This document shows, piece after piece, positions 41,881 to 55,703 of a stretch of DNA of 64,000 nt (positions are counted from its first letter, which is position 1; each line of letters begins with the position of its first letter). The DNA comes from Tubulanus polymorphus (Eukaryota; Animalia; Nemertea). The notes beneath the pieces were generated by a model. That model had not been told where the DNA came from. It worked only from the letters and a program-made list of their open reading frames with translations, and did not search any database. Location of the stretch: assembly GCF_964204645.1 (NCBI RefSeq), contig NC_134033.1, forward strand, positions 11,974,655 to 12,038,654, given 5' to 3'. A program made the position numbers and the translations under genes.

Positions 41881-43321
41881 ACTAGAAAAGAAGATAGTGA
41901 TATGATGAAGAAAGAGGGAATAGGAAAGAGAGATGGAGAGGAAGAGAAGAAAAATTGAGAAAGTGAGATGGCGAGGTGGAGTAGAAGTAGAAACAGAAGG
42001 AGAGATGCAAATCAATGAGTTGGTGAGAGAGAGGATAGAAATGAGAATTTATTGAAATTCGAAACGCTCATCACGCGTAAGATTATTATATGAATAATGA
42101 TTGATGCAAAAAAACATCGGCGACGACAACGACGACAGCCGAGAAGGAGAAATAAAACTCAATGCGAGACGCCATCCATTCATTCATTCTTCAATAACCC
42201 ATTGATCAACAACGTCGCCGGCTCAGGAATTTTTACAGAAGAATGTGCCAGAAACAGTGCAGGAATGTCATTAAATTCAGCTAGCTTTCTTTCAGCTACT
42301 AGCTCAGTCAAAGCCTAGTTAACAGGTTCCAGATATCTTTTCATTTCAGCTATCTTGCTTATTCAAAGCTTAAGTTCCAGATATATTTTTGTTTCAGACA
42401 CTAGGCGACACTTAATCCAACCATAAGTTCTAGATATCTTATGATTTCAGACACTAGCCGACACTAATTAATGCCTTGGTTGCAGTTATCTTTTCGTTAC
42501 AGCAACTACCTCTAACACTATTCAAAGCATTCCGCCCACCCGGATTAGATGGGCCCAATAATCTGAAACAACACCCAAAAATGTAAGTGTATTGCCATCA
42601 ACCAGACCCAAAAAGTGAATGGCAAAACATGGAGCAGTAAATCAATCGATCAAAAAGAATTAGCGAAAATAATGTCATGCAGCTAAATGCCAATTAAAAA
42701 AAAGTAAACGAAACTTTGTAAAACAACCCTAGCGCACGCCGGCTTCGCTACGGAGCCAGCTGTTATTTGAGTAAAGGCCATAAAACGCTTTGATTGGAAA
42801 TTCAAAAATACAAAACCCTCTCAGGACAAAATCCATCCGAACAAACATCTGATCGTAACATCTATCGAATCAGTTTAGAAGAACGCGCTGAACGCGACGG
42901 ACATTTTGACAGCATGTCGTTATTAATCGAATTGGAATGGAAATTGCTCGCGCACTTCTGCCGACTGAAGAAAGAAGTTACTCCGTTCTGAAATCATTAC
43001 GAGTTGGGACACGAGTCGAGAACACGAATCAGTCGTCACGTGAGTAACGTCAATCGATCTAACACAGTGTATTTTTGACACCGTTGTCAAGTTCTCCGCA
43101 CGACCACGAATGTCGTTATAAATGATACCGTATAGAAACTCAATCGTTGGACGCACGCGATGTCTAATGGTGGTCTATCTCTATTCGTCCACTCCTTCAA
43201 TTTCTACCAAGGATAAAACTGATCCAACCCTAATTACGTGAACTTTTTATTCTACAACAAACAACAGCGACATGTACATTTGGCGGCCAGCATTCGGTTG
43301 ATGGATAGGAATGTATCCTGA

Positions 43322-44147
43322 TGAATGAAGGTTGACAGTTTAGAAGTTGGAAGAGCTAAACCCTAATGAGTGAAGGTTGACAGTTTAGAAGTTGGTAGAG
43401 CCAAACCCTAATGAGTGAAGGTTGACAGTTTAGAAGTTGGTAGAGCCAAACCCTAATGAGTGAAGGTTGACAGTTTAGAAGTTGGTAGAGCCAAACCCTA
43501 ATGAGTGAAGGTTGACAGGTTAAAAGTTGGTAGAGCCAAACCCTAATGAGTGAAGGTTGACAGTTTAAAAGTTGGTAGAGCCAAACCCTAATGAGTGAAG
43601 GTTGACAGGTTAAAAGTTGGTAGAGCCAAACCCTAATGAGTGAAGGTTGACAGTTTAAAAGTTGGTAGAGCCAAACCCTAATGAGTGAAGGTTGACAGTT
43701 TAGAAGTTGGTAGAGCCAAACCCTAATGAGCGAAGGTTGACAGGTTAAAAGTTGGTAGAGCCAAACCCTAAAGAGTGAAGGTTGACAGTTTAGAAGTTGG
43801 TAGAGCCAAACCCTAATGAGTGAAGGTTGACAGTTTAGAAGTTGGTAGAGCCAAACCCTAATGAGTGAAGGTTGACAGGTTAAAAGTTGGTAGAGCCAAA
43901 CCCTAATGAGTGAAGGTTGACAGTTTAGAAGTTGGTAGAGCCAAACCCTAATGAGTGAAGGTTGACAGGTTAAAAGTTGGTAGAGCCAAACCCTAATGAG
44001 TGAAGGTTGACAGTTTAAAAGTTGGTAGAGCCAAACCCTAATGAGTGAAGGTTGACAGTTTAGAAGTTGGCAGAGCCAAACCCTAATGAGTGAAGGTTGA
44101 CAGTTAAGAAGTTGGTAGAGCCAAACCCTAATGAGTGAAGGTTGACT
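43322..44147. repeat. 45-bp minisatellite, about 18 copies
   Basis: Unit tgagtgaaggttgacagtttagaagttggtagagccaaaccctaa, with caggttaaaa and cagtttaaaa variants. Confidence 0.97.
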
Positions 44148-45670
44148 GGCTAGAATTTTAAAGGAACAAGCCTTGTTGAGTGGGGTTTGAAAAGAGTAGA
44201 AGATGGTAGAAACGAAGCCTAATGATTGCAGGTCGACTAGAGAAAAATTGGACAAACAGCAATAAAAGTATCGTAATTCAGTAAACGGAAGTAAACTTTA
44301 ACTTATAAGTTATCAGATCTTCCAAGAGCAAACGAGCTCAATGACACTACAGGAGGAGGCGATGGTGTGAAATAGGCTACAGCTATTCGTTGGCCTTAAT
44401 TTCAACCCGACTTTCGATTAACTGGCCACAAAACAAAGGATCAACTTCCCCGGTACATCGGAAGCGTGACCACTCAATTTCATGATCTCTTCGCTGATAA
44501 TGAGATGAACAGCAATCAGTGACTATTTCCTCGGCAATTACACCATCAACTGAAGAGACGTTTGTGTCGTATCCATCCACTTCATTCATCTCTGTTACAC
44601 TGATTATACACTGGGCACAATAAATTTTTTTTTGTGAACCATGAAGTTTGACAAAACAAGCGTGATTTTAGCAAATCATCTTAACGAATTTGTCGCCATT
44701 ACGAACGGTATAATTTTCATTATATTTCAATTAAGATTCGGGTGTAAGGGTCTCACGGAACCCTGAGAACCAATAAGCACTCGAATGGACCCCGTATACC
44801 TGTGTTCGTGTGTACTGATAAAACCTGAGACCAGGCTAAATCATTATCACCAATGAATCATTGCCGACCTTAAAAAAGATTATCCGGAAGAGACATATCG
44901 GACAGCTTCATCGTAATTCATGATCACAGTCGTATCAACAGACAGTGAGGCAGAGATATTTTATGGGTATGCAGTTGATGGCAGATGGTGTACACAAGTC
45001 AGTCAGGGTTTCAGCATAAGGCCTTTTTAATTACTTGGTGTACAGATCTGACGGCCAGAATTCCACCATGAACATCATATTGAAAAAAAATTATATACCA
45101 AGTCATTTTCATTGTATTCATCGCTATCTTTCAGAAAAGAAATTATTGTTTCTTTTAGGATACAGTCGAAAATATGGCATTTAGTTCAGCTTGTATTAAT
45201 TCTGACTGCCCTAAAAAAAATCCTAGTGACACTCCTGGTTTACTACTTATATTACTTCACAGCATCCCTCACATCAATCAGACTTCAATCTGTCGGTGTG
45301 CACATTATTGAGGCGCGAAATAATCGCGACAATTTTTATCACATTAGCAAAACGCCGAGTCGCCTGAAGAGATACGCGGGTTATGGATAAAAATATTCAA
45401 CGGCCGGAAATAAATCTCGGTTAAACGCGGAAAATCAACGTCGCTCGTTCTAACATCAGAAATACAGCCCAACAGCACGGTCAAATCTGAGTTGGTTTCT
45501 CAAGTCTAGATCAATTTCAGACACTTCAAGCGTTAGAAAATATGTATTCAGCGATCCGACTAAAACTTATCGCGTCAGAGAGGATTGAAAAACTGCAGTG
45601 AAAAACTAAGTCTGATTAATTGGATACGAACGAAGCTGTTTAAACGCTGCTATGTACATAGAGCTGTTTC

Positions 45671-46257
45671 TGTATCAGCTAGCAGCTACTGACAGCTTTT
45701 ACTGATTCGTGTATCAGCTAGCAGCTACTGACAGCTTTTACTGATTCTTGTATCAGCTAGCAGGTACTGACAGCTATTACTGATTCTTGTATCAGCTAGC
45801 AGCTACTGACAGCTTTTACTGATTCTTGTATCAGCTAGCAGGTACTGACAGCTATTACTGATTCTTGTATCAGCTAGCAGCTACTGACAGCTTTTACTGA
45901 TTCTTGTATCAGCTAGCAGGTACTGACAGCTATTACTGATTCTTGTATCAGCTAGCAGCTACTGACAGCCTTTACTGATTCTTGTATCAGCTAGCAGGTA
46001 CTGACAGCTATTACTGATTCTTGTATCAGCTAGCAGCTACTGACAGCTATTACTAATTCTTGTATCAGCTAGCAGCTACTGACAGCTATTACTGATTCTT
46101 GTATCAGCTAGCAGCTACTGACAGCTTTTACTGATTCTTGTATCAGCTAGCAGCTACTGACAGCTATTACTAATTCTTGTATCAGCTAGCAGCTACTGAC
46201 AGCTATTACTGATTCTTGTATCAGCTAGCAGCTACTGACAGCTATTACTGATTCTTG
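45671..46257. repeat. 39-bp minisatellite, about 15 copies
   Basis: Unit tgtatcagctagcag(c/g)tactgacagct(t/a)ttactgattct. Confidence 0.97.
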
Positions 46258-46925
46258 GACTGCTTGGGCGTGTGACATCTACAGTCGAGGAGATATCGAC
46301 ACATTCAACAATGTTGAAATTCTCTGAAATCGATCGTAATTCAATTATCGACACCAGTACCGGAATTTTAAATGAATCGACTTCAAAATGAAACATATCA
46401 TTCCCTCTTATCACCTGCTCCTTCCCTCTCTCGCTCCCTCCCTCTCCCTCCCTCCCTCCATCCCTCCCTACCTCCCTCCTCTACTTTCTTCACTGATAAC
46501 CTCACTTCCTTTCTTCACTGATAACCTCACTTTCTGCAACTCATATGGTTTCGACATCAAAACTGGTCATTAATTCTGAATCGTAGAGAATAACTCGAAA
46601 CTTTTTCCAAGAGAGAAGAGAAAGAAAATTTGCAGCAAGATTTTTTTTGTCTTGGTCCGGCGATAATTATTCGCAGACGACGTATCTTATCACCCGGCGG
46701 ACGTAGCGCAATCAAACGCGGCTGATTTACAGTATTCTAATGCCTCGTCGGCACAAATTGGTTCCACCTTGTCTGTGTCTTCAGTCACTAAGTCATCAAA
46801 TCTAATTCCATCGAATCGTTTCCCAAGTTCAATCAACATAAATTTCCGGTCCCCCCCCCCCCCCCCGGTGGTGCATGTTCGTTCAGACAGCACCCCCCCC
46901 GCCCCCCCGTGTACATGCGCTTTTG

Positions 46926-47115
46926 TTTAAGTTTAAGAGTTTTTACGTCCCGACTGCAATTACTTACAGTGTAACCCGAGTGGGTCTTAAGAGACGGCCA
47001 GGGCCTTTTTATAGGTTGTTATGGCTCACAACCTGACTAAGTTAGCAGAGCTTAGTCCATGTATGTGTCTCGACAGCCAACGCCAGAGGTGGATTCGAAC
47101 TAGGGACCTCTAGAA
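46926..47115 (-). mobile_element. 5'-truncated tRNA-derived SINE
   Basis: Minus strand has a B box (AGTTCGAATCC), a body, and a 3' end gggacgtaaaaact followed by a (cttaaa)2 tail. No A box. Confidence 0.6.
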
Positions 47116-49340
47116 TTTGGTTTAAGAAGAAAATAAACGAGGATGTGTCCGACAATCGAATTTTATTTGTTAAAATTTTTTTGATGTTGAATCGTAACTC
47201 AAGATCTTCAAATGGCTAAAACTCGACTAACATTCATCCGCCAATACGGAGTGGACAAATGAGGCCCGGAACAACTGCCGCACGGGTGCCAAATGGGCCC
47301 GAGTCTGTTTGACCCGGGCCAAATTTGGCTCGACCAAAAACGTCGGTCCAGGCCCGAGCCAAAATTTGGCCACTGGCAAGGGGAGCCAAATCCACCTTCC
47401 AAGCGTTCAGCAACAAACACGTTCACCCACATCTGTCATCTTACTTTCCCTTTTTGGGTGATTCCCACTTATCCCAGCTACAGCAGTACAAATATTATGC
47501 TATGGATTGAGAGGGTTAATTCTGTAGTTTTTTCGCGACAAATGTTGGCATTAGTTTCCGATAGTGATAGATGTGTGCGGCTAGAAATAATACCCAGATT
47601 AAACAACTAGATATTCAGATTGAAAATAAACCACCTCCGGCTGACACTCCTCACTACTGCAGTCACGATACACAGCGCAGGAGGAGTCTATTTCAATAAT
47701 GACGAAAATAAAATTGAATCGAAAATTGACGGCAAGCCTTCGCAATAGGTAAGCAACTCCCGTGGTTTTAGCCTTAGCCATCACATACCCTGATAACGAA
47801 CTGCTGGAGTCAACCGCCGAAGTCATTCTCTAAAACAGGCTCAATAGATTGGGGACTTCGGGACTCTGGGACTCCGCTTCAAAAGCAATTCACAACCGAC
47901 CTAAACAAGTTTAACTTTCATTAAAAACGCAAATTCGCCAGCGATAAAATCTCAAACGAGAAATATATTATATTCAAAAAGCTGCTTGATCGCAGCCGAT
48001 ATATCATCATACAAATCAGCACACAGACAAGCAAACACTGTTATATTATAAAGCAATTTGTCGTCGTCTTCGTTACTGATTATATCATTGACTATTTGCA
48101 TATATATTATCAGAAACTTGTCTTTTGTCATCGCGCTGTCATCGGGAGATACATCCCGGCTACTTCCCGTTAACTGAGAGGAGGGAATCAACTTCTCTCA
48201 GAGTCGTGCTTCCACACGCGGGAAGCTATACATGTCAAAAAAGCTTCCACACGCGGGAAGCTTTACATGTCTGGGTTCCGCGTTAAAAAAATAACCTCCG
48301 CCGTTACAGGGTATTTGATCCAGCGTTGACTGCTGAAGCGTAGGTATTATTAATGCAACAACTTCCGCTAAACCTAGCGGCCTGTTACACGTGCTCAATT
48401 AGTCTCTGATTCCGGACACAGGTTAGAGAGTCTAAACCTATATCTAGTAGCATAAACTTAAGACCAGTCTAAGCTCATTTTGGTTTATATATCAAGTGAC
48501 ATCATACACCAGTCTAAGTTAAATGAAGAAATCCCAAAGTGTGGGATTTCTTCATTTATCTACAGTATACACGGATTGTACTGTTTATTCGACAACTAAC
48601 CAGTCTAAGTCTATGGTTATTTTGTTCTTTGGCTAATCAAACACCTCATAACCAGATTACCAGTTCTTGACCAGTTTGTTTCAAAAATCAAAAGTGAAAT
48701 CGATCAAATATTGAAATCAGAAGAATTTGAAACACACGATTTTTCAGTCGGAGACAATCGACAGGTGTACGCACTAAGTTCAGCCCTACTCTGAGGAACT
48801 TCAAAACACCGACCAAGTTAGACCACTCAAGGTTGATCCGATTAACATGGAAGAACCAAGCAGCAGAATTTCAATTCATATTCTAAGCACATTACAGCGT
48901 TTTATAATTGCATTTTCGCGGCGCGTAGCGTACCTTAAATCGAAAACGCAAAAGCGACTCTAATTTTCGAGAGGCGGGAAAAAACATTTAACCACAAATA
49001 GGATTCATTAGCAGACGCAGCTCGTCGTCAGCGGCGAACGGAGAATCCGGTAAAATCGATCGCAAATATTCACCGAAACGACGACGACGATGAGGAGGAC
49101 CGTCCTGGGCGGTGAAAGCCACACGTTCTTAATCTGATTACTACTTGTCGTCGCCAAAATCCGGCGAAGAAATTAATTCGTTTTTCGTAAATCGACCTCG
49201 CTGTATCGCGTACACTCGATTCGGATTTAGCCATCGCGACGGTGAAAAATTGACCGGCTTCGGCGGAGATCGAGAAACATTTGTAAAATCAGAATATAAG
49301 TTTCACTAGTTATACTCACAAATAGGTGAATACTTGAATT

Positions 49341-49710
49341 TCAGAGAGCATTTCATTTCACTAAAGAGTTAATCGGCAAAACTCACAATTGATGATATAA
49401 CAATTTATTCTGAATGTCCAAATTTTGACTAAACTTCATCATTTGGTTTCTCTGATGATGAAGTTTAGTCTAAACTTCATCAAAATACTAGTATCTCAGA
49501 GAGCATTTCATTTCACTAAAGAGTTAATCAGCAAAACTCACAATTGATGATATAACAATTTATTCTGAATGTCCAAATTTTGACTAAACTTCATCAGTTT
49601 GTTTCTCTGATGATGAAGTTTAGTCTAAACTTCATCACTTTGTTTCTCTGATGATGAAGTTTTGTCAAAACTTCCAAACTGTCAGAATAAATTGTTAAAA
49701 TCATCATTGC
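49341..49710. mobile_element. 155-bp tandem duplication with inverted segments and decayed hammerhead motifs (fourth family)
   Basis: 49341-49492 is repeated at 49496-49637. The terminal copy reads UCU-CUGAUGA-U-GAAGUUUU-guc-AAAACUUC-CAAAC-UGUC-AGA (G12 mutated). tcagaataaattgtt occurs in both orientations. Confidence 0.55.
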
Positions 49711-50416
49711 AAAACCGCATGTTCGTGGCAACAGGCATGGCTAATGGTTTCGGTGACCGATCCCAGGGCAGCATACACATCCGAAAATCTTTCTAATTCA
49801 TTGAATTCTTGCAATCGGGAATTGACTAAATTTTGGCGAGAAAACAATAACAGATAATCGAGGATTGACTGTATAGGTTGATAATGAAAATATTCGATGA
49901 AATCTTGTTAAACTCGCCACATACTTTCCTGATTTTGCCGGAATCACCAGGGGTAGATTCATAAGCAGATTCATTAGTACGAACGGGAAAGTGCGACTCG
50001 AAAAACCGAATCAATTTTCGCCACCTGCAGCGAGTTTGATATTTTGCTGGATTGACTTTACTGAACTAAACGAAAACCAGGCTGACGAGAAAATCCATTA
50101 TATCCAGTGTGAAATCAATCAAATTTATCATTCGACCCAAAACGGAAATTATAATCGCGAAAATGGGAATTTTACAACTGCTCCGATTGTTGGGGTCGAA
50201 CGGCCGAACGGAACTTTATGTGAAATATTTCATTTTTATCGCGAAATAATGAGCGGCGTTCCTTCAGCAGCGCTCGGAGCAATCAAAGGTCAACTCGATC
50301 TTTCTCGCTTCAGAAATAATCAAATGGTTAAGAAAAATGCCAATTCCCGATTGAACGCTAATGAAGACACATGAAGGTCACATCCAGTCATGTTCAACAT
50401 CAATGATTGGATATCG

Positions 50417-50480
50417 GTGTCATTGAGGGTGTCATTGAGCGTGTCATTGAGGGTGTCATTGAGGGTGTCATTGAGGGTGA
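50417..50480. repeat. 12-bp tandem repeat, about 5 copies
   Basis: Unit gtgtcattgagg. Confidence 0.9.
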
Positions 50481-52325
50481 CATTCGGCTGCTCATATCAT
50501 AGATTCGCAGAGAAAACGTCGATTAGAAATTCGATGCTCATTTCCTCATCACTACGACAAACGCAGCAACCGATTGTCAAAATCCTACGCAGAACAGTTG
50601 TAACAAATTCTTTTGAATTCATTAATTAGGGAGGCCTTGTTTCACAAAATTATGCTACATGTGATAATTATCAGTGTTATTGTTACAACGTAACTTTCTA
50701 AATATTTATATTACTATCAATCATAATTCATTATCACATGTATTTTATCAATATCATCAAATCTAATAGGCCTAATGCCTTTATTAGCATATTGATTATC
50801 ATAAATTCGCATAGGCCTATGATTATCTGTGTATGTATTAATTATTTCTGTTAATTAATTGTCGTTATCACCGTCTTTGTTTTTGTTATTTTTCAGGGCA
50901 CTCCCTAGTTTTGATAATCTCTATACACGGGGCCGGGTGGAGTACTCTCAATGAAGTAGTATACTTATTGACCTATATTGATATCATGTTTACCATCTTC
51001 AAATGATTCATTGGGAAATAAGAATTCATTCATTCATTCATTCATCAATTCATTCTGTTTTTGGTTTATTTTTGCTACAAGCTTCTCTCAATAATGACAA
51101 CGCTGTGTTCAATCTTAAGGTGACAAAAAACCCGTCTGCCATCTGGAGGATTGCGGCAACAAATTACTCTTCGATCGTCTCTCGCATTTCCACCATCTAT
51201 CGACTACATTCAAGATGATAGTGATAGAAATCTGGGATTTTTGAATTTTCATTAAAATAATCGGACAATTTTGTCTGAAAGGAAATTCTTCAAAGGGCGT
51301 TTTCTATCAGAGAAACATTTTGTTCAAAATTCCCGAAAAGGGTATCTAAATCTGTCAATATGAAATACCAGAATATTGTTTGATAATTGATTTGTCCTAA
51401 AAAATATTTAGTAAAACTAAGATCTTGCGCTGGGACCTACCACTGCGATTTGCTAAGGGAAAGAAAGCTTAATTGATGGACAATGAATTGAGCTAACCCC
51501 AGTGAGGCATAATTGTATCATCTTAAACCTGGGAGGGATAAATCTAATTGAGTTTAGGCCCCTGGGTTCAGTTTTATGGACTGGTATTATCTTTAACCCT
51601 GGGGGACTAAATCAATTCATATTCAATGGGATAATGACAATGCTACTGTGGTAAGCGCAAGGATTTATTGATATTTCACCAGGATCTCCGAGAAAACCAG
51701 CCCCCCCCCCCCCGATTAAAGAAACTACAAGTCTATTAAACCGATCCCCTGTTTTAAAGTTTATACCAATCCATAAAACCAAGCCCTGTTTAAGTTAATA
51801 CCTGTCTATAAAACCGGGCCCTGGGTTAACAATACTCTATATGAAATATAAAACCAGCCGTATCCTGGTTTCACTTCTACTGAATCGATAGCGCGATATC
51901 GTCATCCGATCGTCATTCAACACAAAAAAAAAAAACTCGAATCCATCGTGACAAATTTCTCTGGTATCAACGACGACGAGGAATCTGATAATAACGAGGA
52001 AGAAAATGATCTTACGCGAACGACAACGTCATCGTCGTCGTAAGCCATAAAAACGTCGCTCATTTTCGCGATCGATGAAATAATAAAGAACCGCGTAATT
52101 TACTTAATGAATTTTGTTTTAATCCGATTCCTAATTAAATTGCAAACTACGATAAAAACAATATTGAGGCTTCATCTGTAATACGCACACAGCAAGATGG
52201 GATAAACCGGTTTGAACGGCCATTGATATCTATTAGAATAGATGACATAACATTGGTATTTGAAAACAAAACATTCAGGAACCGGTTTCGCTGCCGGATT
52301 CAGTGAGCAGTCACATTATGATCCC

Positions 52326-52598
52326 TGCTAAAATTTGCCACATTTTGCCCTTGCTAAAATTTGCCACATTTTGCCCATGATCAAATTTGCCACATTTTGC
52401 CCTTGCTAAAATTTGCCACATTTTGCCCATGATCAAATTTGCCACATTTTGCCCTTGCTAAAATTTGCCACATTTTGCCCTTGCTAAAATTTGCCACATT
52501 TTGCCCATGATCAAATTTGCCACATTTTGCCCATGATCAAATTTGCCACATTTTGCCCTTGCTAAAATTTGCCACATTTTGCCCATGATCGAATTTGC
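52326..52598. repeat. 26-bp minisatellite with two variants, about 10 copies
   Basis: Core aaatttgccacattttgccc followed by ttgcta or atgatc. Confidence 0.95.
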
Positions 52599-53466
52599 AA
52601 GTACCAAACAGGAACACATGCACATATTGGTTTCATGTTTCACAAAACAAACATGTTGTTTCGACAAACAACATTTCAGAGTTTCGGAGCCCGATGCAGT
52701 CGTGAAAGAAACATGTTCGTCTCATGAAGCAGTGTTTGAGAAAACACAATCTTGAATTTCGGTCGACGAACGAGTTAAAAAATAAGTTTTTTTGTGGCAT
52801 CTTTCGTGTTCGTTTGCGTGTGTTCGGTTTCACTGAACTGACGTTTTCTCATTAATTTTTTGACAGAAAGTCGTCGGTGATGCGTTGTTATGCGGATTTT
52901 AGATCTGCTTAGAACAGATCGGCTTATTTCTGTAAAACGCATCGTTTTTAAATAACTATCTCCTGAGAATTTCGAAGTTCATTTAGGGATAGAATTCAAC
53001 ATGGAATACGGTTACCGCTTCTGCCCCATCCCAGTTTATAACAGTTTTACCAAAAAGTTTAAGCTAAAAAGTGTTTTGAAAAACTTCTTTGTGAAACTTG
53101 GTCATGGCTCCTTTCATCTCCTAGCTGTCTAAATTTTGGACTTGAACGCTCATAGATTTGAATGGATTTGAATCTATTGACTTATTTTTCTTATAGCGTG
53201 TATGTTTGCGTGTTGATATATTAGTAGCGCCATCTGGTGGGAAAGTTTAGAGTTCCAGTAAATCTTCTATAATAAACTCAATTACTTTGTATATGAAAGA
53301 ATGTAACACGACTTTCATCTATATATAGTAAACATGTTCTGGATAACGTATCAAATACGTAGGAGAGGACGTATTAATGAGTCTCGGGACTGGGTGGAAT
53401 TAAACTACGCGCGCTGACGATGTCAATTTTCATTATGCACCGTTCGACAAAACGTGAAACCACAGC

Positions 53467-53542
53467 GAGGGAGGGAAAGAGGGAGAGAGGGAGAGAGGGA
53501 GAGAGGGAGAGAGGGAGAGAGAGAGGGAGAGAGAGAGAGAGT

Positions 53543-53639
<97 letters not shown>

Positions 53640-53670
53640 AGAGAGAGAGAGAGAGCGTGAGAGAGAGCGT
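53467..53670. repeat. (GA)n microsatellite
   Basis: Seen directly. Confidence 0.98.
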
Positions 53671-54136
53671 GAACGACCAGGAAACTGAGAGTGAAGTGTA
53701 TAATTAATGAAACTAATAATGTTGACAAATTATCAACTCGCTATGCCGCGCCGAAAACCACGCATAAATTTGTTGCCTTTCATTACGATACTAATGACGC
53801 CGCGGCAATTTGATGCTGATAATTCTTTCGTTCTACTCATAAAACATATTGCGACGTCGTCATTCTCATTCAGGACTGTAACCTCTAAATACTAAACTTA
53901 ATATTCTGCACTGAATACCGAATTCGTTGACATTTCGACTTCACCAGACATTTTTAATAAAAAAGAACCACCAACACCAGACATCAGACATTAAACATCA
54001 ACCCACAACTACAAACACCAGATATTAGACTTAGAGAATGGTCCTCGACATTTCACATGTGTTCAGGACTTCACCAGAGACATTCTTAATGGGAAATTCA
54101 CACTAACACCAGATCAGCCCACAATTACAAACACCA

Positions 54137-54246
54137 GGGACCAGTTTTATAGACTAGTATTACTCTAACCAAGGGGCTAACTCAATTGATAATGAATTGA
54201 GTTTGCCCCTGAGTTAAAGATAATTACAGTTTATAAAACTGGGCCT
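54137..54246. mobile_element. Palindromic MITE
   Basis: ccagttttatagact...ggggctaactcaatt / aattgagtttgcccc...agtttataaaactgg. Relatives at 51480-51830. Confidence 0.6.
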
Positions 54247-55549
54247 AGGCATAAAACGTGACCAGCCAGGCTTCATATCTAACAATGGTGAATATTTGAA
54301 GGTTTGGCACAATTGCGAGGTGACTATTCACGGAGCCGGGTCGACTCGAAAAACTAACACCACACGCTGGTACCCTCTAGAAGTGTCGGTGTTCAGCGAT
54401 ACCAGCGTTGTAAAAACTAATCAACTCTGGCTGGAAATTAAACCTTTTTTTTCCATTAAAAAAAAAAAGCGAAGATTGATCAGAACACGGAAATGGTATA
54501 TATATATATATAGTTAGATTATCGCGGGATAGGAACACGACGGCTGGTAGCTGCTGCTGCTGCTGGTGCTGCTGGTGCTGGTGGTGCTGCTGGTGCTCGC
54601 GGGGAGTACATCGTAAATCAAGATTAGATAGGTCTCTAATGGTATTAGTGAAGAGTAATACAGGCAGATTTCGATGATGATATGATGAGGAAGAAGTCGA
54701 CTGTAAATATAAAACTTGCCTCGTTCGTTCGTTCGTTCGTTGTCGGGGCCAGTACATCAAATCGGTTTTAATAATTTCATTAGGCTCGTTCGTCTTTCCC
54801 GCCCGGAATAATAATATAGTGTCTCGTCCCCCGGACACCGGCGCGGCGTTAAAAATGAAATCATAACCAGACACAACACGGGGATCAACGCCGCTATTCG
54901 ATATTAGTATGTAGGCGCGTACCGACGATCGTTGGAATAAGCAAATATTCTGCTCAGGAAGAATTTCCTTACGCCCCCTCATATTCCCACTGTCTATACC
55001 GGGGTTTAACTTGCCTTCATGTAGGTAAAGTAAACCGCGCTGATTTTGTCGCGTACAGCAGAATAAAATATGACACATGATTTTTTTAACATTTTCCGAA
55101 ATGTACCGAAACTAATGTAGGTGAATGGTTACACAGGGATGCCAGGTTGAAAGCAGAATGCCAAGGCAAAACATTTTCCACTCTGCACCCAGGAACAAAT
55201 GGGCACCAGGCCTGTTGAATAGCTTCTGAGCACTTGTTGCAGCTTGGATATCACTTCTCCCCAGGAGATGGCTGATATACAGTTTATAGATATAGGTTGA
55301 AGTTATAAGCCGCGATCACAAGGAGACAGTTCGTCGTGGGCCAAATTGGCACGGCTGAGGCGAAATAGGCAAAGGCCCATTAGAATTACCCATCATGAAT
55401 TAATAAGACCATCATACGTTATACGCTTCAAAGAAAATAGGTATGGTGTGTACAGGGCTGCCAACCTCGGAAAAGTGTTATCAGTAACAAATAGAATTTT
55501 TAGCCAGTAACATTTCATTGAAATATGAAGGAAAATCAAATGTTAAAAT

Positions 55550-55703
55550 GAATCAGTAATCAATAGTAAGATCCTTGGTAACATCTTTCATATTTCTGTT
55601 CAAATTAATCAGTAATCAACAGTAAGACCCTAGGTAACATCTTCCATATTTCTGTTCAAATTAATCAGCAATCAACCCTCAGTAACATCTTTCATATTTC
55701 TCT
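55550..55703. repeat. About 56-bp tandem repeat, about 3 copies, possibly inside a TIR element (55453-55867)
   Basis: Unit aatcagtaatcaa.agtaaga.cct.ggtaacatctt.catatttctgttcaaatt. Flanked by cagggctgccaac and gttggcggcagctctg. Confidence 0.75.

Noticed and set aside
43356-44255. 299-aa ORF of 15-aa repeats
   Set aside because: Artefact of a stop-free 45-bp minisatellite. No domain similarity, no ATG start and no splice signals.
44290-45070. Possible decayed LINE endonuclease fragments (GGG-V and RWC-like motifs)
   Set aside because: Similarity is too weak and frame-broken to support without a search.
52016-52048. MAYDDDDVVVR|gtaag resembling the canonical CASK start MADDDV
   Set aside because: The phase 0 donor cannot join exon 2 (phase 2), and the FEDVYELCEVIG segment is missing. 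Probably a chance match in (GAC)n-rich sequence.
54377-55078. 233-aa minus-strand ORF with a poly-Q/H stretch
   Set aside because: No recognisable domain, non-ATG start, and it runs through CTG and TA microsatellites.
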